The notes under the pieces are model-generated. The model was not told the DNA's origin and ran no database searches. It saw only the letters and a list, made by a program, of their open reading frames with translations. The position numbers and the translations under genes are program-made. Of a DNA stretch of 64,000 nt, positions 18,446 through 28,859 are shown piece by piece (within the stretch, counting starts at the first letter, position 1; every line of letters begins with the position of its first letter). Source of the DNA: Alphaproteobacteria bacterium (GTDB taxonomy: Bacteria > Pseudomonadota > Alphaproteobacteria > UBA9219); assembly GCA_013286365.1 (NCBI GenBank), contig JABDFY010000003.1:15109-79108 (forward strand). Direction: 5' to 3'.

Positions 18446-20350
18446 ATGTTAAAAATTGATACATTTAGCAATCAGTCTGGCGGCAATGCCTTCTATAAAG
18501 CCGTCGCCCATCCGCTGGTAGCTGAAAAGGCGCGGCACTTAGTTGTGCATTTGCAAAAATCCGGACCGGTAGCGATTTATGATCCCTCCAATCAGTTGGC
18601 GACATTCGCTGAATTTTTTCCTTTATCTGAAATAGAAATTACCGGGTTATTTGTTCAGGATGTTGACCAAATCGGTCGCGTGTTTCGCAATCATGCGGCG
18701 CAGCCGGTCACGAGCTTAAGAGAATGTGTCTGTAAATCTATATTGGTAGCTTCATTTGATGCCGCACGGCTCGTTGATCAGGTTCGCCATTTAATGCCTG
18801 CCAATACACCTTGGTACAGTTTTGATGCTTTGCGTCTTCCCGAAGATATGCTGAGCGATAAGCAGCGTTATTTAGCCAATATCAATTTTGCAACAAATTA
18901 TGCGTTTTTTCGTGATGCCGGCGGCCAACATACCCGGATTGTGACGGCCAACTATTGGGGCTCGTACGGCAGCAAAGATGGTCATGTCTGGTGTTATTTA
19001 ATCGATGCTAAAGGCCAGAAACTTGTAGAATGGAAAGAGCCATTGCCGGAGCCGAATGCAACGGTGGTCATCGATAGTGTTGACATCCGTGAACGCTTTA
19101 AACTACCCGAGTTTTGTGGACAGCTATTTTTACATGTCATCGGTGCCGCCGGCCATGATGTGGTAAAATATGCACTCGATACCTACGGCGACGACGATAA
19201 AGATCTCTCTTGTACACATGATGCGAATGCATGGCCGTCAGATCTATATGCTGGCCTGCCAGCGCCAACTGCTGATGAAGAGGTTGTGTTGTGGATACAA
19301 AATAGCCATCCCAACGAGATTGCGCCCGGTGAAGTTGGATTAAACCTTATGGGGCAAGATGAAATTACGACGCTCAAAAAGGCCATACCGCCCTTTGGTA
19401 CCTATCGTTTGAATGTTGCTGAACTTTTGCCCGCAGCACGGTGGCCGCAGCAGATTGAAATTCAAGCCGGTAAGCATTTCGTTCGTCCACGTTACGAGAT
19501 TTTCTCGAAAAACGGACACAGCCGAATTTCCCATCCCAATGTCGAACGTAGTGACTTAAAGTCAGACAAACGGCTTGGAGATTTGGGTGACCTGCTTGGC
19601 AAGTTGCATATTGTACCGGCGCCGGTGCTTCCCTTGGCGCGCTTTACGACATGGTCTTTGCCGACGCCTATGTCTACGGCACAGTCACATCTTCCTTTAA
19701 AAGCGTTGGTTTACGATTCTAAAGGTAAAGAGATAAGAGAACACCGCTTTGGCAATCTTAAGCGCAATTATTCAATCGCTCTCAACGTAACCGATCTCTT
19801 AAACGGCTACCAACTTGACGGCGGTTACGGCCACATAGAACTGATCTATGATTTTTCTGCAGGACATGAGGTTGATGGTTGGATGCACGCACTCTTCCGC
19901 TACCAAGATCACCACTCGGGACACGCAGCTGAAACAAGTTTTGGTGCCCATATTTTTAATACCGCGCTGACTTATAAAAATGAACCACAGAGTTACGCCG
20001 GTAAAGCTCCAGGACTGAGCACGCGCCTTTTTCTACGTGTAGGACCAGCCCCCTACGACACGCTATGTCATCTTATTTATCCTGCCTCAACGCCGTGGCA
20101 TTCAGCCTCAGATACGACGCTGGTTTTAACTTCGAATAAAGGCCAGGAAGTTGCTCGGCGTACAGTGCGTATTGCCTGTAGTGGCTCGCTTTTGTGGCGG
20201 GTAAGCGAGATATTTACTGATGACGAGCTTAAGGCGGCCGGCCAACATTGTTATGTTCTTATCAGGGATACGACGTGCCGGCTGTTCGGTTATCATGGCC
20301 TGATCAACGCCGAGGCTTCCTTTAGCCTGGATCACATGTTTGGGTTTTAG
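18446..20350 (+). CDS. Hypothetical 634-aa protein with an N-terminal alpha/beta-like region and 3-4 internal beta-type repeats
   Basis: ATG 12 nt after the oxygenase stop. No family motif recognised. The repeated core is seen at CYLIDAKGQKLVEW, LNLMGQDEITTL, ALVYDSKGKEIREH and LVLTSNKGQEVARR. Confidence 0.6.
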   Translation: MLKIDTFSNQSGGNAFYKAVAHPLVAEKARHLVVHLQKSGPVAIYDPSNQLATFAEFFPLSEIEITGLFVQDVDQIGRVFRNHAAQPVTSLRECVCKSILVASFDAARLVDQVRHLMPANTPWYSFDALRLPEDMLSDKQRYLANINFATNYAFFRDAGGQHTRIVTANYWGSYGSKDGHVWCYLIDAKGQKLVEWKEPLPEPNATVVIDSVDIRERFKLPEFCGQLFLHVIGAAGHDVVKYALDTYGDDDKDLSCTHDANAWPSDLYAGLPAPTADEEVVLWIQNSHPNEIAPGEVGLNLMGQDEITTLKKAIPPFGTYRLNVAELLPAARWPQQIEIQAGKHFVRPRYEIFSKNGHSRISHPNVERSDLKSDKRLGDLGDLLGKLHIVPAPVLPLARFTTWSLPTPMSTAQSHLPLKALVYDSKGKEIREHRFGNLKRNYSIALNVTDLLNGYQLDGGYGHIELIYDFSAGHEVDGWMHALFRYQDHHSGHAAETSFGAHIFNTALTYKNEPQSYAGKAPGLSTRLFLRVGPAPYDTLCHLIYPASTPWHSASDTTLVLTSNKGQEVARRTVRIACSGSLLWRVSEIFTDDELKAAGQHCYVLIRDTTCRLFGYHGLINAEASFSLDHMFGF

Positions 20351-20385
20351 TTTGAGCCTTTCGAGAGTTGTGGCAATATCCAAAA

Positions 20386-21372
20386 ATGTCAAAAACACAT
20401 CATAGCAAAGTTCTCGTCATCGGCGCTGGCCCTGCCGGTTACACAGCGGCCATTTATGCTGCGCGTGCCAATATGAAACCAATACTTGTTCAGGGCATGC
20501 AGCCTGGCGGCCAGTTGACGATTACGACGGATGTTGAAAATTATCCTGGCTTTGCGGATATCATTCAAGGCCCCTGGCTCATGGAGCAAATGGCATCTCA
20601 AGCCTCGAAAGTAGGGTGCGAACTTATTTTTGATAGCATCAATAAGGTTGACTTCAATCAGCGCCCTTTTCGTTGCGAAGCAGATTCTGGCGATGTTTTT
20701 CTAGCAGATAGTGTTATCATAGCCACGGGAGCGCAGGCGCGCTGGTTAGGAATAGAAAGTGAAAAGAAATTTCAAGGTTTTGGCGTTTCGGGCTGCGCGA
20801 CATGTGACGGCTTCTTCTTTCGCGGAAAGGAAGTGTGCGTTGTTGGCGGCGGCAATACAGCACTTGAAGAAGCCTTATATCTTACTAATCATGCGACCAA
20901 AGTTACGCTGATACATCGCCGCGACGCATTTCGCGGCGAGAAGATACTTCATGACCGGGTTATGAATAATGCAAAGATTAAAGTTGTATGGAATAGCGTT
21001 GTCGAGAAAGTTGAAGGTATCGAAAAGCCAAATCTGCAAGTCACCGGTGTTGTGGTCCGCAACGTGATGACAAAACAAGAGACCTTGATCCCTACGGCAG
21101 GCCTGTTTATCGCTATCGGCCACGATCCAGCGACGGCGTTATTTAAGGGTAAGTTAGCTATGGATGAGGCGGGCTACATTGTCACAAAGCCAGACTCGAC
21201 CGCAACCAACATTCCCGGTGTTTATGCGGCAGGCGATGTTAAAGATAAAATTTTCCGCCAAGCGGTAACAGCTGCCGGCATGGGTTGCATGGCGGCGCTT
21301 GAGGCCGAAAAATGGTTGGCAGCGCAGGAAGAAAAACCAAAACTAGAGACTAAAACGAGAGCGGTCAGTTAG
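20386..21372 (+). CDS. trxB: Thioredoxin-disulfide reductase
   Basis: FAD motif VLVIGAGPAGYTAAIYAAR, redox centre CATCDGFFF and NADPH motif VVGGGNTALEEA. Start at ATG 20386 (MSKTHHSK...). Confidence 0.93.
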   Translation: MSKTHHSKVLVIGAGPAGYTAAIYAARANMKPILVQGMQPGGQLTITTDVENYPGFADIIQGPWLMEQMASQASKVGCELIFDSINKVDFNQRPFRCEADSGDVFLADSVIIATGAQARWLGIESEKKFQGFGVSGCATCDGFFFRGKEVCVVGGGNTALEEALYLTNHATKVTLIHRRDAFRGEKILHDRVMNNAKIKVVWNSVVEKVEGIEKPNLQVTGVVVRNVMTKQETLIPTAGLFIAIGHDPATALFKGKLAMDEAGYIVTKPDSTATNIPGVYAAGDVKDKIFRQAVTAAGMGCMAALEAEKWLAAQEEKPKLETKTRAVS

Positions 21373-21380
21373 AGGGTTTG

Positions 21381-21890
21381 ATGTCAAGCTATGTTGAAAA
21401 AGTTTTATTGCCGGGCGAACATGTTGTCTACATCGCCTATTTGCACTGGATCGTTTATGTGCACGGGCTGACTTTGACGGTGTGTGGTGCGACACTCAGT
21501 TTTTTTAGCAATGATCTCGTCACCTTGCTATTTGGTCCGGCGCTGGCACAACATTTTGCTAAGTTTTTAGCCATGGCAGCCTGTGCTGTAACTATTTTCG
21601 GCATCCTCCTTGTCATGATGGCTTATATCCAACAAACCTCGACCGAACTTGTCGTGACAAACCATCGTCTCATCGCCAAATACGGTTTTGTCTCGCGCAC
21701 GACCTTTGAAATTATTATCAACCGCGTCGCCGGGGTTAACTTTGATCAGACCGTGCTGGGTAGAATGTTAGGATTTGGTACAATTTATGTTCGCGGCATG
21801 GGCAACGATATATCGCCGTTTGATAATATATCGAGCCCCGAGCGTTTCCATACGGCGTTAATGAGCGTCGTCGAGGGCGTCAGAAAGTAA
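21381..21890 (+). CDS. Membrane protein with bacterial PH (bPH_2, YdbS/YdbT-like) domain
   Basis: LLPGEHVVY start, two TM helices, then a beta-rich C-terminal part (TELVVTNHRLIAKYGFVSRTTFEI). AGAGGG Shine-Dalgarno before ATG 21381. Confidence 0.6.
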   Translation: MSSYVEKVLLPGEHVVYIAYLHWIVYVHGLTLTVCGATLSFFSNDLVTLLFGPALAQHFAKFLAMAACAVTIFGILLVMMAYIQQTSTELVVTNHRLIAKYGFVSRTTFEIIINRVAGVNFDQTVLGRMLGFGTIYVRGMGNDISPFDNISSPERFHTALMSVVEGVRK

Positions 21891-21909
21891 TCAGTACTAG
21901 GTGCGTTAC

Positions 21910-23424
21910 TTAATCGTCAAATGAGTTTCCGCACTCGGCCGCCTGTTGCGCGGCTCTAATCAATCCACGCGCTTTGGCGACGCATTCACGATATTCCGAT
22001 TGTGGATGGCTGTCATAAACGATGCCGGCTCCGGCTTGGACATGCATGACGTTGTCTTTAATGACGGCAGTACGAATGGCTATGGCGGTATCCATGTTAC
22101 CGTTAGCACCAAAGTAACCAATGCAACCAGCATAGACGCCGCGTCGATCTGCCTCCAACTCGGCAATGATCTCCATCGCCCGAACTTTAGGTGCGCCGCT
22201 CACGGTTCCAGCTGGAAATCCGGCGATCAAAGCATCGAGCGAGGTATATTTGCTGTCGAGTTGGCCCTCAACGTTCGATACAATATGCATGACGTGTTTG
22301 TAATATTCGATTGTGTTACGAGCGGTAACTTTGACGCTACCAATTTTAGCGACGCGCCCGACATCGTTGCGTCCTAAATCAAGCAACATCAGATGCTCGG
22401 CAAGCTCCTTAGGGTCGGCCAGCAAGTCTGCAGCTAACTCGGTGTCGCTTTGGTTGCCAAAGCCACGCGGGCGCGTGCCGGCGATAGGGCGAATGGTTAC
22501 TTGGCCGTCGCGAACGCGCACGAGGATTTCTGGACTTGTACCGACAATATGAAAATCCTTGAGATTAAAATAAAATAAGAATGGTGACGGGTCGAGGCGT
22601 CTAATCGAACGGTAAAGACTGAACGGCGGCAGCTTGAAGGGAAGAGAGAAGCGCTGAGATAAAACGACCTGAAAAATATCACCAGCGCAGATATACTCTT
22701 TGGCTCGCTCCACACTTTTGCAGAACTTAGCCTCAGTCATATTGCTTTTGGGCTCCGGCAGAGGTGCTGGGCCTATCTTTGCATCCGGCGGCGAAACCAT
22801 AGCAGAAGCAAGATCCTGGTTGGCTTGAGCAATTCTTTCCTTGGCCAGCTGATAGGCTTGTTCTGCGGTTTGTGACTTGTCGTACCACACAGGTGTTACA
22901 ACGATAATGCGGTTTTCTACATTGTCAAAAATGGCTAGCAGTGTCGGACGGATTAAAAGGGCTTCTGGCGTCTCGACGCCGATGGGCTGCGGCGTCGGCA
23001 GCTTCTCCATATATTGCACCATATCATAGCTTAGATAACCAAACAGTCCCGCCGCTATGGGTTGTGGTTGATTGACATCATCAATGTGACATTCGGTAAG
23101 AAGTGCGCGCAAATCTTCAAGCGGTGTTTGTGATGAGGTCTTAAATTTTTCCTTACTGGTGAGGGCATGACGATTGATTGAAGACCCCTTGCCGTGCTGG
23201 CACTGCCAGATAAGATCAGGGTCACGTCCGATAATCGAATAGCGACCACGTAAGGCACCGCCTTCAGCGGATTCTAGAAGAAAGCTAAAGGCTCTGTTAT
23301 GGCAAAGCTTATACATCGCTGAAACAGGCGTTTCAGTGTCGTTATACTGCGCTGTCGAAACAGTTTGATTTTTACCCGCGCCCCAAGCGTGAGCGAAAGT
23401 GGCAAAGTCAGGCGTCAGGTTCAT
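21910..23424 (-). CDS. trpE: Anthranilate synthase component I
   Basis: 504 aa chorismate-binding enzyme: GDIFQVVLSQRF, LMLLDLGRNDVGRV, GYFGANGNMDTAIAIRTAV. Confidence 0.93.
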   Translation of the reverse strand: MNLTPDFATFAHAWGAGKNQTVSTAQYNDTETPVSAMYKLCHNRAFSFLLESAEGGALRGRYSIIGRDPDLIWQCQHGKGSSINRHALTSKEKFKTSSQTPLEDLRALLTECHIDDVNQPQPIAAGLFGYLSYDMVQYMEKLPTPQPIGVETPEALLIRPTLLAIFDNVENRIIVVTPVWYDKSQTAEQAYQLAKERIAQANQDLASAMVSPPDAKIGPAPLPEPKSNMTEAKFCKSVERAKEYICAGDIFQVVLSQRFSLPFKLPPFSLYRSIRRLDPSPFLFYFNLKDFHIVGTSPEILVRVRDGQVTIRPIAGTRPRGFGNQSDTELAADLLADPKELAEHLMLLDLGRNDVGRVAKIGSVKVTARNTIEYYKHVMHIVSNVEGQLDSKYTSLDALIAGFPAGTVSGAPKVRAMEIIAELEADRRGVYAGCIGYFGANGNMDTAIAIRTAVIKDNVMHVQAGAGIVYDSHPQSEYRECVAKARGLIRAAQQAAECGNSFDD

Positions 23425-23456
23425 ACTATGTTCTTACTATTCTGGCCTTCATGGTG

Positions 23457-25340
23457 TTAGCTGCCTTGCTGGCGAAGACTTTCCATCAAGCTCTGATCTA
23501 TTTCGACGGGGAATATGATGCGTAAATAACGAGCGAACTCGTCCGTGAGCTCGGCTGGTATTTGTGACGTGAGTTGGTCGCTGACTTTGTGCAAGCCGGT
23601 CTCGTCTGATGCCGGATCAACGTCATCGATTTCTGTCAGTCGCAATATAAGCTGATGATCGGGGAGTTTTTCTGTAATCACGTCGCCTTTTTTCATCAGC
23701 AGGATCTGTGGTAGAAGGCTGGTTGGTAAACCGGGATCACTGTCGCCGAGCAGCGAGATGGGCTTTGACAAACGGACATCAACGCCGCTGTGTGCGGCAA
23801 AGGAGGAAGCGGTTTTGCCTTCACGTAAAGAGCTGGCAATTGTTTGAGCCTGATCTTCGGCTTTTTTTGCTTGATCTCCTGCGCGCCATTCAATTGCCAC
23901 TTGTTCCTTTATTGCATCCAAAGGCCGTACTTGGCTTGGGGTAATTTCGTCGGTGCGAACAACGATGAAGTTACCGTTACGATCATCGATTACAGGACTT
24001 GTTTCACCGCTGCCTTGGCCAAAGGCAGTTTTAAGGACATCGTCTTTAGACGGTAATTCTTGTGGATCCTTGCCGTCAGACAATTTTCCGGCCGTATCGA
24101 TGGCAGGTATTTTGATGAGGCGCAATCTTAAGCTATCAGCTATATCCTCAAGGGAATGACCGGCCGCTAGCGCATCATCAAGTTGATTGAGCGTATGCGT
24201 CGTGACTTCGGTAGCGCGGTCACGCTTGATTTCATCGCCCAATTGCTGCTTAGCGGCATCGAAGTCCAATTTGCCGCCCGGGGTTATTTTTGTGAGCTGC
24301 ACGACGTGCCAACCAAGACTGCTTTTAATTGGTGTTGAGACCTGTCCTTGGCTCAGGGCAAAAACACTCGCGGTGAGTTCGGGTAAGATTGTTTTTTCGG
24401 TCAGATCGTTAAGCGGTACAACCTCATAGCCAATTTTTTTTGCGGCCGCTTTAAGATCATGGCTAGCGCCAGCTTCTTTGGCTAAATCTTGGGCTTTAAC
24501 TTCATCCTGTAACACGACCTGTAGAACATCGCGCTGTTCCGGCATGGTAAGCTCGGCGGCTTTGTCGGCGTAGGCCTTTTTTAATTCGTCATCGCTGACA
24601 GCAATGTCTTTTGCTACGTCGTCGGTCGAAAGTTTAGCTAGCGTGATCGCGCGATATTCGGGCGCGGTAAATTTATCCGGGTTTTTATGATAAAAGTCCT
24701 CGAGAGCCTTATCGTCCGGTGTTGTGGTGTCGCTTATGCTGTCATTCTTTAGGCTAATAACTTCAAGAATGCGCTTTTGGCCACGTGCTTTATAGACATT
24801 ATCGGTAATTGTGTGCGGCAAACTGTTGATCTCGGTTATAGGATTAAGGAGTTGTTTGCGCGCTAAATCTTGTCGCGTTTGTATTAAGAAGGCGTGCTCG
24901 CTAAGGTGCGTTTGATCGAGGAGGCGATGGAACAAGTCGCTATTAAACTTGCCATCCTTGTCGCGCAGTTGCGGTTGTGCAGCGAGCATATCCAAGACAG
25001 CGCTATCGGGAACATCAATACCTTGTTTGGCGATCATCTGATCAAGGCCGGCGCGTGCAATCATATTTTGCAGCGTATTGTCGAGGATGCCTATTTGGCG
25101 AGCCTGTTGTGCCGTTAAATCGGGACCCAACATCTGGCGGGCGTGAGCCAGTTCGTCTTCAAACTGTTTATCAAGAGCTTGAACACTAAGACTTACACTG
25201 CCTGATTTTGCCACAGTGCGCTGCAAAGGGTTGCCGCGGAAAATGTCGCCAATACCCCAGATGGCAAAACTAATGACCAAAAACAGCATGAGGCCCTTTA
25301 AAAACCAGTGCTGGGCCCAGTGGCGCATCGTTTGCAACAT
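23457..25340 (-). CDS. ppiD: Periplasmic chaperone / peptidyl-prolyl isomerase PpiD-like
   Basis: 627 aa. N-terminal membrane anchor (FLKGLMLFLVISFAIWGIGDIF), SurA-N-like region and a parvulin-like segment (SSLGWHVVQLTKITPG). Confidence 0.8.
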   Translation of the reverse strand: MLQTMRHWAQHWFLKGLMLFLVISFAIWGIGDIFRGNPLQRTVAKSGSVSLSVQALDKQFEDELAHARQMLGPDLTAQQARQIGILDNTLQNMIARAGLDQMIAKQGIDVPDSAVLDMLAAQPQLRDKDGKFNSDLFHRLLDQTHLSEHAFLIQTRQDLARKQLLNPITEINSLPHTITDNVYKARGQKRILEVISLKNDSISDTTTPDDKALEDFYHKNPDKFTAPEYRAITLAKLSTDDVAKDIAVSDDELKKAYADKAAELTMPEQRDVLQVVLQDEVKAQDLAKEAGASHDLKAAAKKIGYEVVPLNDLTEKTILPELTASVFALSQGQVSTPIKSSLGWHVVQLTKITPGGKLDFDAAKQQLGDEIKRDRATEVTTHTLNQLDDALAAGHSLEDIADSLRLRLIKIPAIDTAGKLSDGKDPQELPSKDDVLKTAFGQGSGETSPVIDDRNGNFIVVRTDEITPSQVRPLDAIKEQVAIEWRAGDQAKKAEDQAQTIASSLREGKTASSFAAHSGVDVRLSKPISLLGDSDPGLPTSLLPQILLMKKGDVITEKLPDHQLILRLTEIDDVDPASDETGLHKVSDQLTSQIPAELTDEFARYLRIIFPVEIDQSLMESLRQQGS

Positions 25341-25442
25341 GAAAAAGTGCCTTTCTCTCTTTGTCGTTTTCTGATCCTAAAGGGCATGATAAAAGCCTCG
25401 AGGGCAAAACAGAAGCCCAGAATCATAGATTGAGAGCATAAC

Positions 25443-26189
25443 ATGGCAAAACGCCGGCGATTGGTGGTTGGAAACTGGAAAATGTATGGCCGATTGACGT
25501 CTGGCCTTGTTCTAGCCCGTGAGCTTGCAGACAAGATTGCAGCCAAAAAACCCTTAAATTTTGATATTGCGGTGTGTCCGCCGGCCACGCTTACCTGGCC
25601 GGTATCTGAAGCCATCATGGGTTCCCCGCTCCTATTGGGGGCTCAGGACTGCCATCACGCAACACATGGCGCTTATACGGGTGATGTGAGTGCGGCGATG
25701 TTTGCTGATCTTGGCTGCCGTTATGTCATTTTGGGTCATTCCGAACGCCGTTTGGCTCATCAAGAAACTAACGAATTAATTTCAAAAAAAGTTGCTGCCG
25801 CACAGTTAGCTGGCTTGACCACGATTGTTTGTGTTGGCGAAACCGAAGAACAACGGACATCAGCAAAGACGGTCGAAGTAATTGAACAACAACTGCGGGC
25901 TTCGTTGCCAGAAAAAAATCAGATTGCACAACTCGTCGTTGCCTATGAGCCAGTTTGGGCTATCGGTAGCGGCCAGCAACCAGAAATAAAAGATATAGAA
26001 AGCGTCCATCAAACAATCCGCAAAGCGTTAGGTGCTGCTGGCGAAGCCGTACAAGTTATCTACGGAGGTTCGGTTACGCCACAAAACGCTGGCTCCATAC
26101 TTGAAAATCAGGAAGTCGATGGTGTTTTGGTAGGTAGTGCAAGTATTAATGGCGACGGGTTTTGGGCCATAGCCGAGAAATGTAGGTAA
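25443..26189 (+). CDS. tpiA: Triosephosphate isomerase
   Basis: VVGNWKMYG, ILGHSERR and AYEPVWAIGSG motifs. Confidence 0.95.
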   Translation: MAKRRRLVVGNWKMYGRLTSGLVLARELADKIAAKKPLNFDIAVCPPATLTWPVSEAIMGSPLLLGAQDCHHATHGAYTGDVSAAMFADLGCRYVILGHSERRLAHQETNELISKKVAAAQLAGLTTIVCVGETEEQRTSAKTVEVIEQQLRASLPEKNQIAQLVVAYEPVWAIGSGQQPEIKDIESVHQTIRKALGAAGEAVQVIYGGSVTPQNAGSILENQEVDGVLVGSASINGDGFWAIAEKCR

Positions 26190-26343
26190 AACTGTAAAAA
26201 ACTTGTCAAATCCACACTAGCTTTTCGGGTGCGGATACTTTATAAAATCATTCCAGCCAAAATTATCTGTGACTTTAAACGGCTCTCACCCATACTTATG
26301 GATGCCGTTGAAGGTGTATTTTTGTTAATATTCGGAGGGTTAA

Positions 26344-26871
26344 ATGGGCACTGTCTTGCTGGTTATTCACTTAATGATAGCCGTAGCGCTTGTCTCTGTC
26401 ATTCTCATTCAGCGGACGGCGCAGGACGGTGGTGGATTGATGGGTGGTGGTAGCACGATGGGTGGTTTATTTACCGCGCGCGGATCCGCCAACCTGCTTA
26501 CCCGAACAACGGCCATATTAGCGGCACTTTTTATCTGCACCAGTTTAGCTCTTGGATATATCGCTAGCAGCCATCACCAATCGCGCAGCCTCTTAGATCA
26601 GATTGTGCCGATGGCACCATCTTCACCATCTTCATCATCACAGCCGCAAATACCTGCACCGCTTTCGGCGCCGTCAGCACCAGTGTCGGCACCTGTATCT
26701 CTGTCGCCGCCTCCGGCGGCACCATCGTCACAGTCTCCAACGCCTGCAGTCCCCTCAGAGCCTGTTACGGCACCTCAACCAGCTACGCCACCATCAACAA
26801 AGGCAGCGCCAACATCCGAAGAGTTGCCGGTACCCCCGCCTTTGGCGCCGCAAGTCCCTGTTGCCCACTAA
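26344..26871 (+). CDS. secG: Preprotein translocase subunit SecG with a Pro/Ser/Ala-rich C-terminal extension
   Basis: Two TM helices with the glycine-rich loop GGGLMGGGSTMGGLFTARG. About 85 residues of PSSPSSSSQPQIPAPLSAPSAP... tail. GGAGGG Shine-Dalgarno upstream. Confidence 0.85.
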   Translation: MGTVLLVIHLMIAVALVSVILIQRTAQDGGGLMGGGSTMGGLFTARGSANLLTRTTAILAALFICTSLALGYIASSHHQSRSLLDQIVPMAPSSPSSSSQPQIPAPLSAPSAPVSAPVSLSPPPAAPSSQSPTPAVPSEPVTAPQPATPPSTKAAPTSEELPVPPPLAPQVPVAH

Positions 26872-26921
26872 GTAAGGGGAATGAATTGAAGATGCAGATT
26901 TAAAAAGGAGTGTACTCGAGT

Positions 26922-28553
26922 ATGGCAACACGCTTTATATTTGTAACTGGCGGCGTGGTGTCGTCTCTTGGTAAAGGCATCGCGGCTGCCGCACTTGGGG
27001 CGCTTCTTCAAGCACGCGGGTATAAAGTCCGCCTTCGTAAATTAGACCCCTACTTGAACGTTGATCCCGGTACCATGAGCCCGACCCAACACGGTGAAGT
27101 TTATGTCACCGATGATGGTGCTGAAACAGATCTTGATCTGGGACATTACGAACGATTTACAGGTGTTGCCTCCCGCCAAAGCGATAATGTTACGACTGGT
27201 AAAATATATTCGACAGTTATCGCCAAGGAAAGACGCGGTGATTATCTGGGCGCCACCGTTCAGGTCATTCCTCACGTCACAGATGCTATCAAGGAATTTA
27301 TACGTGCTGATTTAACTGATGAAGAATTTTGTATATGTGAGATAGGTGGCACGGTAGGCGATATCGAAAGCTTGCCCTTTCTCGAGGCCATTCGCCAGCT
27401 AGGTAATGAGCTCAGCGACGAACGTAGTCTTTTTGTTCATGTAACGCTGCTGCCCTATATAAAGACAGCCGGAGAACTAAAAACCAAACCGACGCAGCAT
27501 TCAGTAAAGGAATTGCTCAGCGTAGGTATCCAACCTGAAATCCTGCTGTGCCGGGCGGAGCGACCCATTCCAGATGGAGAGCGCAAGAAGATCGCTCTCT
27601 TTTGTAACATTAAGCACGAACGGGTCATTGCTGCTCTGGATGTCGATACAATTTATGCCGTACCGATCAACTACCATGAGCAGGGGTTTGATGAGCAAGT
27701 ATTGCGTTACTTTAATTTACCAACCAATAAAGCACCGGATTTGTCGCGTTGGCGTAATATCGTCGATCGCGTACGCCAACCGGAAGGCGAAGTTACGATT
27801 GCCGTTGTCGGAAAATATACAAGTCTACTCGATAGCTATAAATCACTCAGTGAAGCCTTAGCACATGGGGGTATTGCTAATAATGTTAGGGTCAATTTGA
27901 AGTGGATGGATTCCCAAGTCTTTGAAGATAAAAATGCCACCTTACAGCTTGAAGGTGTCAACGGGATTCTCGTTCCAGGCGGCTTCGGTGAACGAGGGAC
28001 AGAAGGTAAAATTCGAGCAGCTTCGTATGCCCGTGAAAAACAAATTCCCTATTTTGGCATTTGTTTTGGCATGCAAATGGCCGTCATCGAAGCCGCAAGG
28101 TATGCGGGTGGCTTGACGAAGGCCACATCAAGTGAGTTTGGACAAAGCGATCAAGCCGTCGTCGGTCTTATGACGGAATGGATCAAGGGTAATCAGCTTG
28201 AGGTGCGAAAAGCCAACGGCGATATGGGCGGCACGATGCGTCTTGGCACTTATCCCTGCAATCTCCTTAAAGGTAGCAAAGTTCGTGAAATTTACGGTAT
28301 CGATCATATCACGGAGCGTCACCGTCACCGTTATGAGGTGAACATCAATTTTCGTCCGCAATTGGAAAAAGCAGGGTTGGTCTTTTGTGGATTATCGCCC
28401 GATGGCCAACTCCCGGAAATTGTCGAACGCAAAGATCATCCATGGTTTATCGGCGTACAGTTTCACCCTGAACTCAAGTCCAAGCCACTTGATCCCCACC
28501 CGTTATTTCGGTCGTTCATTGCCGCAGCTGTCAGGCAGGGACGCTTGGTATAA
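26922..28553 (+). CDS. pyrG: CTP synthase
   Basis: [20 protein letters not shown]-terminus and glutamine amidotransferase motifs GICFGMQ and HRHRYEVN. Start at ATG 26922. Confidence 0.95.
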   Translation: MATRFIFVTGGVVSSLGKGIAAAALGALLQARGYKVRLRKLDPYLNVDPGTMSPTQHGEVYVTDDGAETDLDLGHYERFTGVASRQSDNVTTGKIYSTVIAKERRGDYLGATVQVIPHVTDAIKEFIRADLTDEEFCICEIGGTVGDIESLPFLEAIRQLGNELSDERSLFVHVTLLPYIKTAGELKTKPTQHSVKELLSVGIQPEILLCRAERPIPDGERKKIALFCNIKHERVIAALDVDTIYAVPINYHEQGFDEQVLRYFNLPTNKAPDLSRWRNIVDRVRQPEGEVTIAVVGKYTSLLDSYKSLSEALAHGGIANNVRVNLKWMDSQVFEDKNATLQLEGVNGILVPGGFGERGTEGKIRAASYAREKQIPYFGICFGMQMAVIEAARYAGGLTKATSSEFGQSDQAVVGLMTEWIKGNQLEVRKANGDMGGTMRLGTYPCNLLKGSKVREIYGIDHITERHRHRYEVNINFRPQLEKAGLVFCGLSPDGQLPEIVERKDHPWFIGVQFHPELKSKPLDPHPLFRSFIAAAVRQGRLV

Positions 28554-28859
28554 TTCAGACAGATCAGGCACTAGTCACTTGATTTTGGAGCGACCAACCT
28601 GGCCAGTTATTTATCGAATTATGATTTTGTTCAATGCCGATTAGACAGTAATTAATTAAAACTATGATGCTGTTTCTAGTCCGTATATGTAGGGTGAGGC
28701 GTGATTAATTGTGAATTATGACCCAACGAAGCAAAATACCGTGTATTAATGCGTTGTAACAATTGATAAATTAACATTATTTTCATTAGAAATGCTTAAT
28801 ATTCTCCTATAAATTCTGCCTCTGGCAAAGAATCCTGATAGGATTCGGGTATATCTGTT
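28554..28859 (+). promoter_or_regulatory. AT-rich spacer upstream of the glycine-rich protein gene (presumed promoter region)
   Basis: 306-nt non-coding gap, far longer than typical gaps here. I counted 55 G+C in the 180 nt 28621-28800 (about 31% GC). No specific -35/-10 assigned. Confidence 0.35.

Noticed and set aside
23425-23456. Possible trp leader/attenuator upstream of trpE
   Set aside because: There are only 32 nt between the ppiD stop and the trpE start, with no leader peptide containing Trp codons. trpE is probably co-transcribed with ppiD.
26603-26875. Alternative-frame His/Arg-rich ORF over the SecG tail, and the SecG Pro/Ser/Ala-rich extension as a possible separate gene
   Set aside because: The tail is in frame with and contiguous to a canonical SecG core. 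Low-complexity C-terminal extensions of SecG are not rare. The alternative frame has no start context.
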